Assembly (NCBI GenBank): GCA_951406725.2
Contig: OX597820.1
Location: 61,814,001-61,878,000 of the forward strand
Origin: Octopus vulgaris
Taxonomy: Eukaryota
Length of the DNA stretch: 64,000 nt
Direction of reading: 5' to 3'
Part shown: one piece after another, positions 13,333 to 25,770 of the stretch
Numbering within the stretch: the first letter of the stretch is position 1
Layout: every line of letters starts with the position of its first letter
Notes under the pieces: generated by a model
The model's database searches: none
What the model saw: only the letters and a program-made list of their open reading frames with translations
Told to the model about the DNA's origin: nothing
Translations under genes and position numbers: made by a program

Positions 13333-13572
13333 AGGCGCAGGAGTGGCTGTGTGGTAAGTAGCTTGCTACCCAACCACATGGTTCCGGGTTCAGTCTCACT
13401 GCTGGTGTGTTTACGTCCCCGTCACTTGGCGGTTCGGCAAAGGAGACCGATGGAATAAGTACTGGGCTTACAAAGAACAAGTCCCGGGGTCGATTTGCTC
13501 GACTAAAGGCGGTGCTCCCGCATGGCCGCAGTCAAATGACTGAAACAAGTAAAAGAGTAAAAGAGTAAAGAG
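13333..13572 (+). mobile_element. SINE family B, internally deleted, head-to-head with the previous copy
   Basis: Same head and tail as 12876-13294, lacking the central segment. Confidence 0.88.
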
Positions 13573-13767
13573 TATATGTAAAAGTAAATAAATGGTACAA
13601 CGAGGCACCGATATTTAGTGTAAAATAGCAATCGTAACAAATACGACGCTATTGTATAGCTTCACTGCGTATATACTAGCAAAGACGCATGTGTGCAATA
13701 AACATGAAAAAAATGTGTCTTACCTCTAGAAAGAACATCTGATAAATGGAAAACCTAGAATCGGATA

Positions 13768-13838
13768 ATGCAGGACCGGTTTCTGACTCTTCAAATACGT
13801 TTGACAACGTAGATTTGGTTTGTCTTCATCAGCTGCAT
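13768..13838 (-). ncRNA. Minimal type I hammerhead ribozyme motif (PLE-type)
   Basis: Minus strand: ATGCAG-CTGATGA-A-GAC..GTC-A-GAAA-CCGG-TC-CTGCAT. It has a 6-bp helix I, canonical core and palindromic ACCGGT helix III. Confidence 0.7.
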
Positions 13839-14293
13839 ATACTTAGACAAAATTTCAAATATATGTAAATATATATATATATACTTTATCTTTTAGTTGT
13901 TTCACACAATCAAGCACATTTTCCCCTAGTTTCAGCTCAGAGCTGCGGCCATGCTGATGTACCGCCGTTATGTATGAATATATATATGTATCTATTTATA
14001 AGTACATACATACATATATACACACATGCATGCATTTACACATACATGCATAATATGTGTGTATATTCTTGTGTCTGTGACAGCGTTTGTGTATATGTTT
14101 ATACTGACGAAAAACCGGCGTTAGTAGCTGTGTTTTTTTAATTTAATGTTTCTAAATGTAAAGATCGATAAAATAAGAACCAGATTGAAAGAAATACTAC
14201 GGTAAATATGAAGTAAACCATTAAAGGCTGTGTTCCAGAATGGCTACCGCTCAGTATGTTGATCCAGTGAAAGAACATACACAAACACACACT

Positions 14294-14412
<119 letters not shown>

Positions 14413-15130
14413 ACACATACGCACACGCACAGACACACGCATTCACAAACATATCCGTGTGTGCCTGTGTGTGTGTTTGTACGCACTTCTGCATTGTGTC
14501 TCAGAATGTTTGAAATTAACGATGTTAATTTAACGATAGGGATGTTAAAGTGAAAACAAAGTGCAGTTATTAGTTTGACGCTCAATGAGAGAATCAGAAA
14601 GTGTGCTTCTCATGTTTTGAGATTATCCCTTCCTCAAAAAGTTAGAGATAATTAGGAGAATGAAACGTGTAGAGGAAAGAAAGTAAATGAGAGTAACGAA
14701 GAAAAGTGGTATGGTCTGTGCGACGTTATGTTCTCAAGAGCTGAGGTCGAATAACTAGCTGTGAAACAGAAGGAATGCTCTTTCATGCGTACAAGGTGAA
14801 CAAGGGAAGTAACTGAGCGTAAATTATGTAAGGATGTGATACTCGTGTATCGGGATCTTTACCTTTTGCCCTACAGATTTAAAGAATAATTTTTTGTAAC
14901 TAAAACCTTTCAAACTTCGTATACTGGTAGAATGTGTCATATAAAACACCTTTTACTCTTAGCGTTTTTGAGAAAAGTTTATGCTTATAAAGTTATTTTG
15001 TATTGAAGTTCTTGTATTTCGGTAATTTCAACCAATCAATGACGTGTATTGAGCTGAATAAAATTACTGCCGCTGTTTGTCAACAAGAACTTCCGGCGGT
15101 GTATATTTCGTTTGTCACTGTTATTTATTA

Positions 15131-15290
15131 CAACCCTAACTCTAAAACCCTAACCCTAACCTTAAATCCTTAACCCTAACCCTAAAACCCTAAGGCTAAC
15201 CCTAACACCCTAACCCTGACCCTAACACCCTAACCCTAACCCTAAAACCCTAAGCCTAACACTCACCCTAAAACCTTAAAGCTAAAACCA
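15131..15290 (+). repeat. Interstitial degenerate telomere-like (CCCTAA)n tract within a larger interspersed repeat (~14850-15320)
   Basis: CCCTAA, CCCTAAAA, CCCTAACA and CCTTAA variants. Confidence 0.8.
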
Positions 15291-15361
15291 GCACAAACGC
15301 ACGAACGATGTCATAAATAAGAGAGACACACAAACACACACATATACATATGTATATACAT

Positions 15362-15520
15362 AGGCTTCTTTCAGTTTCCGTCTACCAAATCCACTCACAT
15401 GGCATTAGTCGGCCTGAGGCTATAGTAAAAGACACTTGCCCAAGGTGCTACGCAGTGGGACTGAACCCGGAACCATGTGGTTGGTAAGCAAGCTACATAC
15501 CACACAGCCACACCTACGCC
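15362..15520 (-). mobile_element. SINE family B head
   Basis: Reverse complement of GGCGTAGGTGTGGCTGTGTGGTATGTAGCTTGCTTACCAACCACATGGTTCCGGGTTCAGTCCC. Confidence 0.85.
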
Positions 15521-15915
15521 TATATGTATGCATATATTTTGTAAAAAATGCGCAAACAAAGCGTCTGAGTGCATGAATTTGCATATACTTATACATAGTA
15601 TGTGGACGTAGATATAGATATTTATTAATATAGGAATACACACGCACACACATGTGTGTATATACACATATACATACACCATACATTCACATAGACTGAA
15701 ATTGAAAGTTTGGTAAAGACAGGCATTCATACATATACGCGTACATAGAAACAAGGTTTGTTATGCCGAGAGAACTCAATAGCTTACTCAGCGTATGTGT
15801 GTGCAAGTGCGTATGCACGTGTGTGTTCGTGCGTGTGTATTCGTACGTGAATTATCTATTTGAAATATTTATCCCTGAAGTATCTTCAGCTTCATAAAAT
15901 ACACACTCATGTATG

Positions 15916-15953
<38 letters not shown>

Positions 15954-15966
15954 ATGCATACATACA

Positions 15967-16006
<40 letters not shown>

Positions 16007-16019
16007 CATACATACATAA

Positions 16020-16066
<47 letters not shown>

Positions 16067-16403
16067 TATATATATCTATATCTATGTCTATATATATATA
16101 AATAAATATAAATAAATAAATAAATAAATAAAAAAAAAAAAAATATATATATATATACATACATACATACAAAAACACATTCCTACTCTCAACTCTCATA
16201 CACACACACACATACACATGTTTATAGAAATAAGCATACATATAAATAAACATATACACAGAAGTGAAAGTATACTTCTGATGTCAAAATTTCACCTTGT
16301 AGATAATTCATAAATTCCCAGCGCCATCCCGGCATCAGACATGGACACGCGCGCATACAAACACACACACTTTCACACACATACTTACACACACACACAC
16401 ACA

Positions 16404-16463
<60 letters not shown>

Positions 16464-16798
16464 GCTACCACTACCGAGACTACCCCAGGCATCATGTCAC
16501 CATCTCAACATCCTCTCTGCCCCAAATTATGGCATCACTTACTCAAATTGCATTATCACCCCATGTGTTAAGATGTTTCGTTGTTGATCCATCTCCCTGT
16601 TATTTTGTTATTTATTATGGTTCTTCTTCTTCTTCTTCTTCGTCGTCGTCGTCATAAATGTACCAAAACAGTTACACACACATTCACACATAAATACATA
16701 CATACACACTCATACATACGTGTGTTTACGTATTTACGTAAATATATTTGTTTAGATGTATAAACATAATAGGCACTCTCACAGAGACAGACGCACAT

Positions 16799-16835
<37 letters not shown>

Positions 16836-16896
16836 TATATAAATAATTAAAAAATATATATTTATGTGTGTATGTATGAATATAAGTATGGTTATA

Positions 16897-16936
<40 letters not shown>

Positions 16937-16939
16937 TTT

Positions 16940-17145
16940 GTACTTGTTTCAGTCATTTGACTGCGGCCATGCTGGAGCACCGCCTTTTAGAGTGGTGAAA
17001 GAGTACAGCAGGGATCACCACCATCCCCTGCCGGAGCCTCGTGGAGCTTTTAGGTGTTTTCGCTCAATAAACACACACAACGCCCGGTCTGGGAATCGAA
17101 ACCGCGATCCTCCGACCGCAAGTCCGCTGCCCTAACCACTGGGCC

Positions 17146-17146
<1 letters not shown>
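16940..17146 (-). mobile_element. Chimeric SINE: family A head joined to family B tail
   Basis: 16990-17146 is the reverse complement of the family A head; 16940-16988 is the reverse complement of the family B tail (AAAAGGCGGTGCTCCAGCATGGCCGCAGTCAAATGACTGAAACAAGTA). Confidence 0.75.
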
Positions 17147-17178
<32 letters not shown>

Positions 17179-17271
17179 CGTATGTATATATATATGTGAG
17201 TGTATATATATATACGCATATATACATATACGTATAGATATATAGCTATATATATATATATATATATACAC

Positions 17272-17330
<59 letters not shown>

Positions 17331-18199
17331 CACATATATATATCTTTGTACGAATATACACTCACACACACACAAACTCACATATCTCTATGTATATATA
17401 TATGTGTGTGTGAGTTTGTGTACTTGTATACTGAAGCCGCATTGTACTGTATTGTTCTTTAATTCTATTGTTTTGCTTGCCAACGCTTCTCTTGTCACTT
17501 TTTACCCTTCTCGTGAAAGAACTACTATTTATTCTACCAAATCGTATTATATAAAATAATAAATTAAATCATTGTTGTTGTTTTCACAATACTTTCTACT
17601 TTCTCTTTGCCTCTCCGCTCCTCCATCCCACCATATTTTTTTCATAATATATTTTTCAATTAATGTTTTCTTTTCTTTTCTTTTCTTTTCTTTTTCTTTC
17701 AGAATCATTAACATACAACCAAAGTGTAGTTGTAATTATAGAAACGGCACTTAAATATTTTATGATTTTATTGTGTAGTTAGGCGAAGAAGATCACTGCC
17801 CCTGACCTTTTGCTGGGCCTTCTAGACAGGTAGGGGAGAGCAAAGAAAGAAACCACGACTCTAAACTTATCCTTAGACCACAGAGCTGTAGTTTTATGTT
17901 GTACTTTTATGTTATACTGTTATGCTATGCAGTTTTGTGCAGGAGAAGTAAATAGGGAAAAAATTCCTATTTTGATATTTTTTATTGGCGTGTCGATTTT
18001 TCTGCTCGACATGTAGCCTAAACCTCCCTCAAAGCAAACAGCAGCCTTAATAATAATTAAAAAACAGCCTTAAAAAGGAAAAAAAAAACGCAGCAACATA
18101 CTTCAGACTTCCAAAAAATAAGGAGCATTCATGGTTTTATTGTTTTGATCATAGGTAAACTCTATCAGAATTGACCTGGTAGACAACAACAAAAATAGT

Positions 18200-18390
18200 G
18201 GAGGCGCAATGGCCTAGTGGTTAGGACAGCGGACCCGCGTTCTTACGACAGCAGTTTCGATTCCAAGACCGGGCATTGTGAGTGTTTTTTGAGCAAAAAC
18301 ACCTAAGCTCCACGAGGCTCCGGCGCGGGAGGGTGGTGAACCCCGCTGTACTCTTTCACCACAACTTTCTCTCACTGTTTCTTCATACTT
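18200..18390 (+). mobile_element. SINE family A
   Basis: GGAGGCGCAATGGCCTAGTGGTTAGG..GTTTCGATTCC. Confidence 0.85.
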
Positions 18391-19199
18391 CTTCCACAAA
18401 GCAGAGGAACCATGGTGTAACCACACTATGGTGTAACCACACTATGATGTGGTAAACTTTCAGACCCTAGTCTAGATTGCGAATCCTCTGTACCCCAGGA
18501 TGGTTCAGCTCTCCACCCGTTAAAAACCACCGTTTACGGAATGAAGATAACAACATAGCTTTCGCGCCCGTGCAACCGCCAGTCTATCGTGTGTGGTGGG
18601 TGAATCTTCAAGTTGCCACACGAATTCTTAGTAGCTTAGAGTAGGCTCGAATGAGCGATTATTCTTTGTGACTAATGGCGTGAGTCCTGATTGGAAGAAG
18701 ACAACAACAATAACATGAACAACACCTATAAAGACAACATCATCACCGATAATCAGCCAATGAGGGAATCTTGTATTTCGAGCTGTGTCGTCTCTATTCC
18801 ACTCGATCCGAAAGAAATAAGAGCTAGTTTTCCCTCAAATTACTTCTGTCATCTTAAAAATATGACGGCATATAATATAATGCCACAAAAGCAATAACAA
18901 TCACGGTATTGGACGTGCCAAAAAGAGAGCCTCGACGTATTCATTCAACTAGCAAGAAACAGCGGCCAAATCTCTTTCAAAGTAAACTCCATCGTCTTAA
19001 GTAAAGAAGGACATATTGGTTAATGGTGTTCTAGATACTATTAAAAGAAAAGAAAAACAGCAGTCAGGGCTTGAATACATTCGATCACAGGTCTGCATAA
19101 TAAAGGAAGATCTGGGACAAGAAATCATAATCCTCATCTTCAACAAGAAAGGTGTAGGAGCAGCTCATTTCTAAAAAGAGCAAAAAAGCGAAATGATTT

Positions 19200-20145
19200 C
19201 TAACGTAGACAAATAGCTAAACATTTGCTCAGGTGCCGCAGTCGGAGTACTTTATTTTATCGATTCTGAATTCAAATGTCGCTAAGTTAAACTTTGTCTT
19301 CCAACCTTCCAGAATAAAGTACGAGTAAAATAAAGTACGAGTCAAATACTTGGATAGATACGATTGATTATTCTCTCCCGTCAAATTTATAACCTTTTGC
19401 CTGTTTTAGAAATTGGTAGCTACCCCAGAATGATGAAAGATGAGGTTGACATCGGTAGGGTTAGAACTTAAAACGTAAAGAGAAATTATTTGACGTAGTA
19501 CGAATTGTTTTTTTTAATATCTGATGCGCTACTGATTCCGCTTGTCTTTCGCTCTCAAAGCAGCACAGAAAAAAAAAGTGGTTGCATATGTTGGCACAAA
19601 CACGGAAATTTAGAAGTTAGGAGTGAATCAGTTACATCGATCCCAGCACTTAGCAGTTACTTTATTTCATCGACCCCCGGAAAGAGGAGTAGCAATGTTG
19701 AGCCGGTCGAGATCTAATCTCAGAACGTAAACAAGCGGACAAATACCGCAAGACATTTTTACCCAATGCTCTAACGCTGCGAATTCGCCATTTTATAAGC
19801 AACATATTTTAAGCATAAGGCCTGCAATTTTTGAGCGTGGGAGATTGTATTTTACAGAACCCAGTACATGACTGATACTTTATTTTATTGACACACACAA
19901 AAATAAATAAATAAATAAATAAATAAATAAAAGTAAAGTTGATCTCGGCGGGATTTGAACTCAAAACGTAAAAAGTCGGAATAAGCAATATAAATGTTTT
20001 CTAATTTAGTCGCAAGTCCAGAAATTTTGAAGGGAGGTGATTATTCTATTATATCGACCCCAGTAGTTGACTAACACTTCATTTCATCGATTCCGTAAGT
20101 TAACCTCGGTGGGATTTGAACTCAGAACGTAAAGGTCCAGAATAA
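19200..20145. mobile_element. Cluster of old degenerate family C (MetaSINE-like) fragments, mostly minus strand
   Basis: Recurring TCGACCCC..ACT..TTTATT..GATTTGAACTCAGAACGTAAA motifs near 19640-19730, 19860-19970 and 20055-20135. Confidence 0.65.
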
Positions 20146-21159
20146 ACAACAGAATCAATAACAGTTAGGTATACCATTGCACATGGGCATATCTTTACTC
20201 TTCGTATGAATTTTCATGTGACGAGAACCAAGTGCGAATCGTACCAAAGAGCGGTGTCTAGAGACTATCTCTTCTAAAATTTTCAGAATCTTTAATAGAA
20301 GAGATACATGTTGATACCAATCACTTTTTAAACGTGCACTTGGAGTTTATTTTTGCATATAAATAATGAACTTCTAATTGCAAAAGTGAAAACTTTCTCA
20401 GCTGGTAGCAATACACGTTAAAAAAAATATTGATTGGCCATTGAAAGAGCAAATATACCACTGGCCACTTTTTTTTGAATCGCACACACAAATTATAATA
20501 AAAGTAAAGCAACAGAGCTGTAGTTATTATTATTATCATTACAGTATTTCAAGAACTTTGTGAAAGATATACACTTTACAAGTTAAGTCTGATTTAACCC
20601 AGTGGCACCCGATTTTTTTTTATACAAACGGGACACTAGAGAAAATACGAAAAAGAAAAAAAACGGCGCACTTTGTGTGCATAACATCAAATAAATCTAT
20701 TTACAAAAATTCTATTTATGTATATATTTGTAGGCTAAAATACATATTTTTTTAGCTTACAAATATGTATAATTTGAACTACAGGACATTATAAAGTAAT
20801 TATTCTTTATTCAAGGAATGTATCATAGCTATGAAGACTATATATGCATTATTTTATATTGTATTTTTCACGTTTAAAAAAATATAGCTGCAATATTTTC
20901 TCAACAAATCTCGCTTGCTACTGCGCGTAATACACATGTGTATAACGTCGCTGTACTTGAGAATTGGTGATTTAATGAAGTTGCTTACTGAGTCAATTTG
21001 GTGCGAATGGTAAAAGCAGATACACCAATTCTAAGTGCGCAATATCTCTTCTGTTGATAAAATTTCTAAATGTCCTGAACGAGTTAAGAATATAATTCTT
21101 CGAACTGCTAATTTTATCTTAAGACATAAAAAATCGTTCCAATATTCAGATATATTAAT

Positions 21160-21365
21160 CTGGTAGAATCGGTTGCATACCGGGGGAAAATCGCTTAGCG
21201 GTATTTCGTCCGTCCTTACATTCTGAGTTCAAACTCCGCCGACATCAATTTTGCTTTTCCTCCTTTAGAAGTCGATAAAATAAATACTGGTTGAACACTG
21301 GGGTCGATCTAATAGACTTAACCCCACCCCGTCATTGCTAGCCTTGTGCCAAAATTTGAAACCAA
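21160..21365 (+). mobile_element. Family C SINE
   Basis: CTTAGCGGTATTTCGTCCG..GAGTTCAAACTCCGCC..CTGGGGTCGATCTAATAGAC..CCTTGTGCCAAAATTTGAAACC. Confidence 0.8.
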
Positions 21366-21595
21366 AATTCAGAAATATTGTTAAGAAATAACAATTCTCA
21401 TTTCGAATTTGGTTCGGTGTAATGTAAATATCTATGAATTAGACAACCGATGACTATCAAATCGATTGAAAAGCAGTGTAGATGTAAATATTGTTTTTAG
21501 TGCTTTTCTTGAAATAAGGGCGGGGAGGGCCTCAAACTTGGGTGTGGGTATTAGTAGTTTAAATCGGTCCAATACTCTAAAGTCACTTATTTTCA

Positions 21596-22045
21596 TTATT
21601 TACACAGGACGGATACGTGCCCTCATCCTGTTTCGGCTGAATTAACGTTTCAGTTGATTTATTCTCCAGCCTTCATCAGGTGTTCTAGTAGGGTTTTGAA
21701 CCCAAACCTGGGTTCTCAGTCCTAAGGTATTTTTTTGCTGATATTATTATTAGTATTATTATTTGTTCAAGGCACTGCCTGGAATTGAACTCGTAATCTT
21801 GGAGTTTGTAGCCCGCACTCTTAACCATTGAATAAATAATGATAATAATAATAACATCAGTAAAACATACCTTAGGAATGAGAACCCAGGGTTGGGTTCA
21901 AAATTCTATCTGGACACCTGAAGGCTGGAGAGTAATTCAGCCGCAACGTTGTGGTAACAGCAAACAAGATGAGGACACATATCCATCCAATGTAAATAAT
22001 GTAAATAATGTATAGAATTCCTCATCTCTAAAATATAGAACAGTG
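21596..22045 (-). mobile_element. tRNA-headed, hammerhead-bearing non-autonomous element with inverted headless partial duplicate
   Basis: Minus strand: tRNA-like head 21830-21775 (TGGTTAAGAGTGCGGGCTAC..GAGTTCAATTCCAGGC), (AAT)n spacer, then CAC-CTGATGA-AGGCTG..CAACT-GAAA-CGTT (21682-21644). Plus-strand headless copy at 21829-22045. Confidence 0.7.
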
Positions 22046-22199
22046 ACACTTATTTAGTTGAACCATAATGGATGAAAGACAATGTTGGCTTCGGAAATTT
22101 TTAATCAGGATGTACAGAGCTAGAAGAAATGTCACAAGGCATTTTCGTCAGTCACTCTATCTATCTTCCTATCAACTATTGAAAAGTAATTCCCATATA

Positions 22200-22825
22200 G
22201 ACATAAGACCTGAAATTTTGGGGATGGAGATGGTTAAATCATCCGCAATATTTGACAGGCACTTTGTTTTATCGATCTTGAAAGGATGAAAGGTAAAATT
22301 GACTTCGGCAAGATTTGAACTCAGATCGTATCGGAACAAAAACCGTAAGTATTTTCCGAACCTTTCACGATCCAGCCAATTCATCGTGTTTGTAGATGCA
22401 AAAATTAAAACGTTTTCCGTTTCTAAAGATGAGGTTAATACTTCTGAAAACCTCTTCACAACTCAAGCAAGTCAAGACAGAAACCCCCATAAATAGCTCT
22501 TGCAACTACAAGTTCAAGCAATGTTTTTCTTTGCTCTAGAACACCGTCTTATCGCTTTTTCTCTATACCCGAGATATGGTTCTTATGAAGAAAGCATGTG
22601 GTCAATCATATCATTAAGATTAACAATTTTTTCTACTATAGGCACATGGCCCAAAAATTTTTGGGAAGCGGCTTTTGATTACTTCGATCTCAGAGATCAA
22701 CTGGTACTTATTTCATTGACTCCGAAAGGATGAAAGGCAATGTCGATCGTGGTAGAACTTAAAAAACAGATAAAACGCTGCTAAGCCTTTCGTCTGATGT
22801 GCTAACGATTCCGCCAGTTCGCTGC
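22200..22825 (-). mobile_element. Two degenerate family C SINE copies (~22200-22380, ~22640-22825)
   Basis: GAAAGGATGAAAGG..GAC..GG..GAACT motifs. Confidence 0.7.
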
Positions 22826-23820
22826 TTTCGATTTCATTAGGAACCCTAACTCCTCCTAACCACAGATGGTTTGTGGTTAGTTTGGTACTCATCACCTTCC
22901 ATAACAAAAGAAAACTGAGCCCAGAGTTAACAGCATACCAGTGTTTGTTATTGTGAAGTTTTTTTTTTATGTCATCTCATATATTATGACATTAGCCTAT
23001 AGACAGGTGTGTTCCACACCAGCTTTGTTTTCTTGTTCCATCATCAGTTTGCAAACCTATTTATACATCCCGTACATACTCCCCGACTGATGAAAACTAC
23101 AACTTTCCGCACGGTTGCGAGGGCTTCCTTTAAATATTGCTTTGTGGGCATATCCAGAAGTGTCACTTTATTTTTCTTTACCGTTTTTTCGATAAAGTCG
23201 TCAGGTAAGAAAGCTGAACTTTTTGTCAAACACCTAGCCAGAGTCTATAAATTTTTCAGAGACAGCACTCTGTTGAAAACAACCTTTTGGTTTGTGATAA
23301 TCGCAAAGTTTATGGTGGCATTGCGCAAAATATGAAAATTTCCACTCTCGCCAACGTTTGTGTTTACAAAATGTATCTCAGCCGAATTTTCTTTTGCTTT
23401 TTTTTTTTTTTTTACTGAATATTTTGTTGAAAGTACAAATGTTTGTATTGGCTTGTTTAGATATCGATTTGATATACATTAAACTTTTGGATGCGTATCT
23501 CATCACTAAAAATCAGAGGATATCACATTTACAAAATTTTAAAACACAATAAAATGTTTTTATTTCTTTCCTAAGCATAGAAACACACAAAGTAAATTAA
23601 AAAATCTCTCTATGCAACAAATCCACAAGTCACGGCACAATAAAAATCCAATTCTGAAAGTAATCTATGAATTTTTTAAAAGCTCACGCAGATTGTAAAT
23701 GGCACATCTATTGCAGACAAATCCAATATTCCAAGAATAGTAGGAAGAAAAAGAAGAACGACAACAGTAACAACAACAACCACCACCACCACAAAAACCA
23801 AAACAACAACAACAACAACA

Positions 23821-23870
<50 letters not shown>

Positions 23871-23871
<1 letters not shown>

Positions 23872-24499
23872 TCCTTTCTATCGGATTTAACGGCCGCTAG
23901 AAACATTTAGAATTATACAAAGACAAAAGACAGTGGAAATGTGCATAGAACGTGTAAACAATTGAAAAAAAACTATATAACAATTAGCAAAAAATGTTAA
24001 CAAACAAAAGCCCCAATAGGGGAAACGCCAGCCAGGGGAAACCAAAGAAATCCTCCCACCCCGAGCGACCCTATTCATCTGAAATACCACGGCAAATGCT
24101 CTTCATTCCTTCTTACTCCTCAGCCTACAGGCACTAGCTTATAAGCAGGCCCGTTCACACGAGCCATCCTCACCACATTCCTTTACCTTTCAGCAAATTT
24201 AGTGACGGCACTAACTGCCCTTCCTTTTCAAACGGAACTTGGCCAAAAAGGAAAATGTGTCTATCGTCATTCCTTTTAGTCTTATCCACCACACAACCGC
24301 TTTTGCGATAACCACTTGGCAGGGGGAAAACTGCCTACTCTTCTTTTAAACAAAAGAGGGCAACGAGCGGTTTTCACTGTGGAGTCAGTCGGTGGCCAGA
24401 TACGTTGTACACGCATCAACAAATTGCTGTTCGACATAACTCCACAAGTTAGCGATGCTCGGACACTACGACTGTTTCGTCGCTCTGCGCGCGTCTCAG
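23871..24499 (-). mobile_element. 5'-truncated Tx1/L1-group LINE 3' end (ORF2 C-terminal zinc-knuckle region + 3'UTR) ending in (TTA)n
   Basis: Minus-strand fragments AQSDETV..CPSIANLWSYVEQ and AKAVVWWIRLKG match the L1/Tx1 ORF2 pattern ETxxH..C..W..AKxxxWxxR. The 3' end abuts (ATT)n at 23820-23870. Confidence 0.7.
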
Positions 24500-25591
24500 T
24501 ACTACCATGCTAGTGGTGATGTTGTTGTTGTTGGGGGGGGGGGGGTGAGGTGCTGGCAATGATGATGATGATGATGATGATGATGGTAGTGGTGGGTGGG
24601 TGGTGAGGCTAGTGAAGTTGATCGCAATGGTTATGTCGATTACCTTGGTGATGACTCGTGGCAGATTGCGTGTCAGAGGTGATAGCTGTAATTAGAAGCG
24701 GCGGCACTGGTTCAGTGGGGGTGGTGGTGGTGGTAGCTCTTTTGTAGTGTCGGTAGTGGTGAGTAATGTTGATGGTGGTAGACAGTGGTATGCTGGAGGT
24801 GGTGCACTGACCAGTGGCGATGGTGGTGCTCAGTAATGGTTATGGTGGTGGTGGCAGCGGTGTTGGCGGGCTGAAGATTGCGGTAGAAGCGGTGATGGCA
24901 ATGGTAGGGGTTTCGGCGGTGGCAACAGTGGTGGCGGTGGTAGCGGTGGTGGCGGTGGCAACGGTGGTGGTGGTGGCAGCGGTGGTGGTGATGGCGGTGG
25001 CGGCGGTGACAGCGGTGGTAGCAGTGGCAGCGGTGGAAGCGGTAGAAGCGGTGGTGGGCGATGGCAGCAGTGGTGACGGTGGCAGAGGTGACGGCGGTAG
25101 CAACAGTGGTGGTGGTGGCGGAGGTAGTGGTGGCGGAGGTAGTGGTGGGGGAATCGGTGGCACGGTGGCAGTGGTGGTGGTGATTGCGGTGCAGAAGGTG
25201 GCGACGGTGGCAGCGATGGTTGGGGTGGTAGCGGTGGTGATGATGGCAGAGGTGGTCGCAGTGGCAGCGGCGACGGTGGTGGCAGTGGCAGCGGCGACGG
25301 TGGTGGCAGCAGAGGTGGCGATGGCAGCGGTGTTGAAGTCCTAGTAATTGCATCGTTGGCGGAACCGGTGATAGCAGAGACGCTTCCGATGGTAGTGTTG
25401 GCGCTGTTGATGTTGATGCTAGTGGTGGTGATGCCGACGAAGTATTGTCGTTGCTAATGGTGGTGCTGGTTGCGAAAGGGATTCTGATTGGTGATGTAGG
25501 TGGTAGTTGTAGTGGAGATTGCGAAATAAAGTGATGGCGTAAGTAGTGCCGGCGGCAAAGCTGGTTGAGGGTGTGGTTTTGGTGGTGATGG

Positions 25592-25647
<56 letters not shown>

Positions 25648-25770
25648 CTGTTGTTGGTAGTGACCCAAGTGAAGGTAGTGGTTCTGGTGTTAATGGAGCA
25701 TCGTGTGGGTGAGGTAGTTCCTGCTGGTGGATCTTAAGTGATGATGTTGGCAGCGGTGGTGGGAGACGTC
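24500..25770. repeat. G-rich degenerate triplet low-complexity region ((GGT/GGC/GAT)n)
   Basis: Triplet periodicity giving His/Val/Ala/Pro homopolymer ORFs on both strands. Confidence 0.85.

Noticed and set aside
18450-18690. Possible CR1 C-terminal remnant on the minus strand
   Set aside because: Similarity to TRGH..RVVxxWNxLP is too weak to support.
20594-20980. TTAACCC start suggesting a piggyBac MITE
   Set aside because: No matching right terminal repeat found.
24712-25737. 318-aa His-rich ORF and overlapping Val/Ala/Pro-rich ORFs
   Set aside because: They arise from degenerate triplet repeats open on both strands, with no domain or splice evidence.
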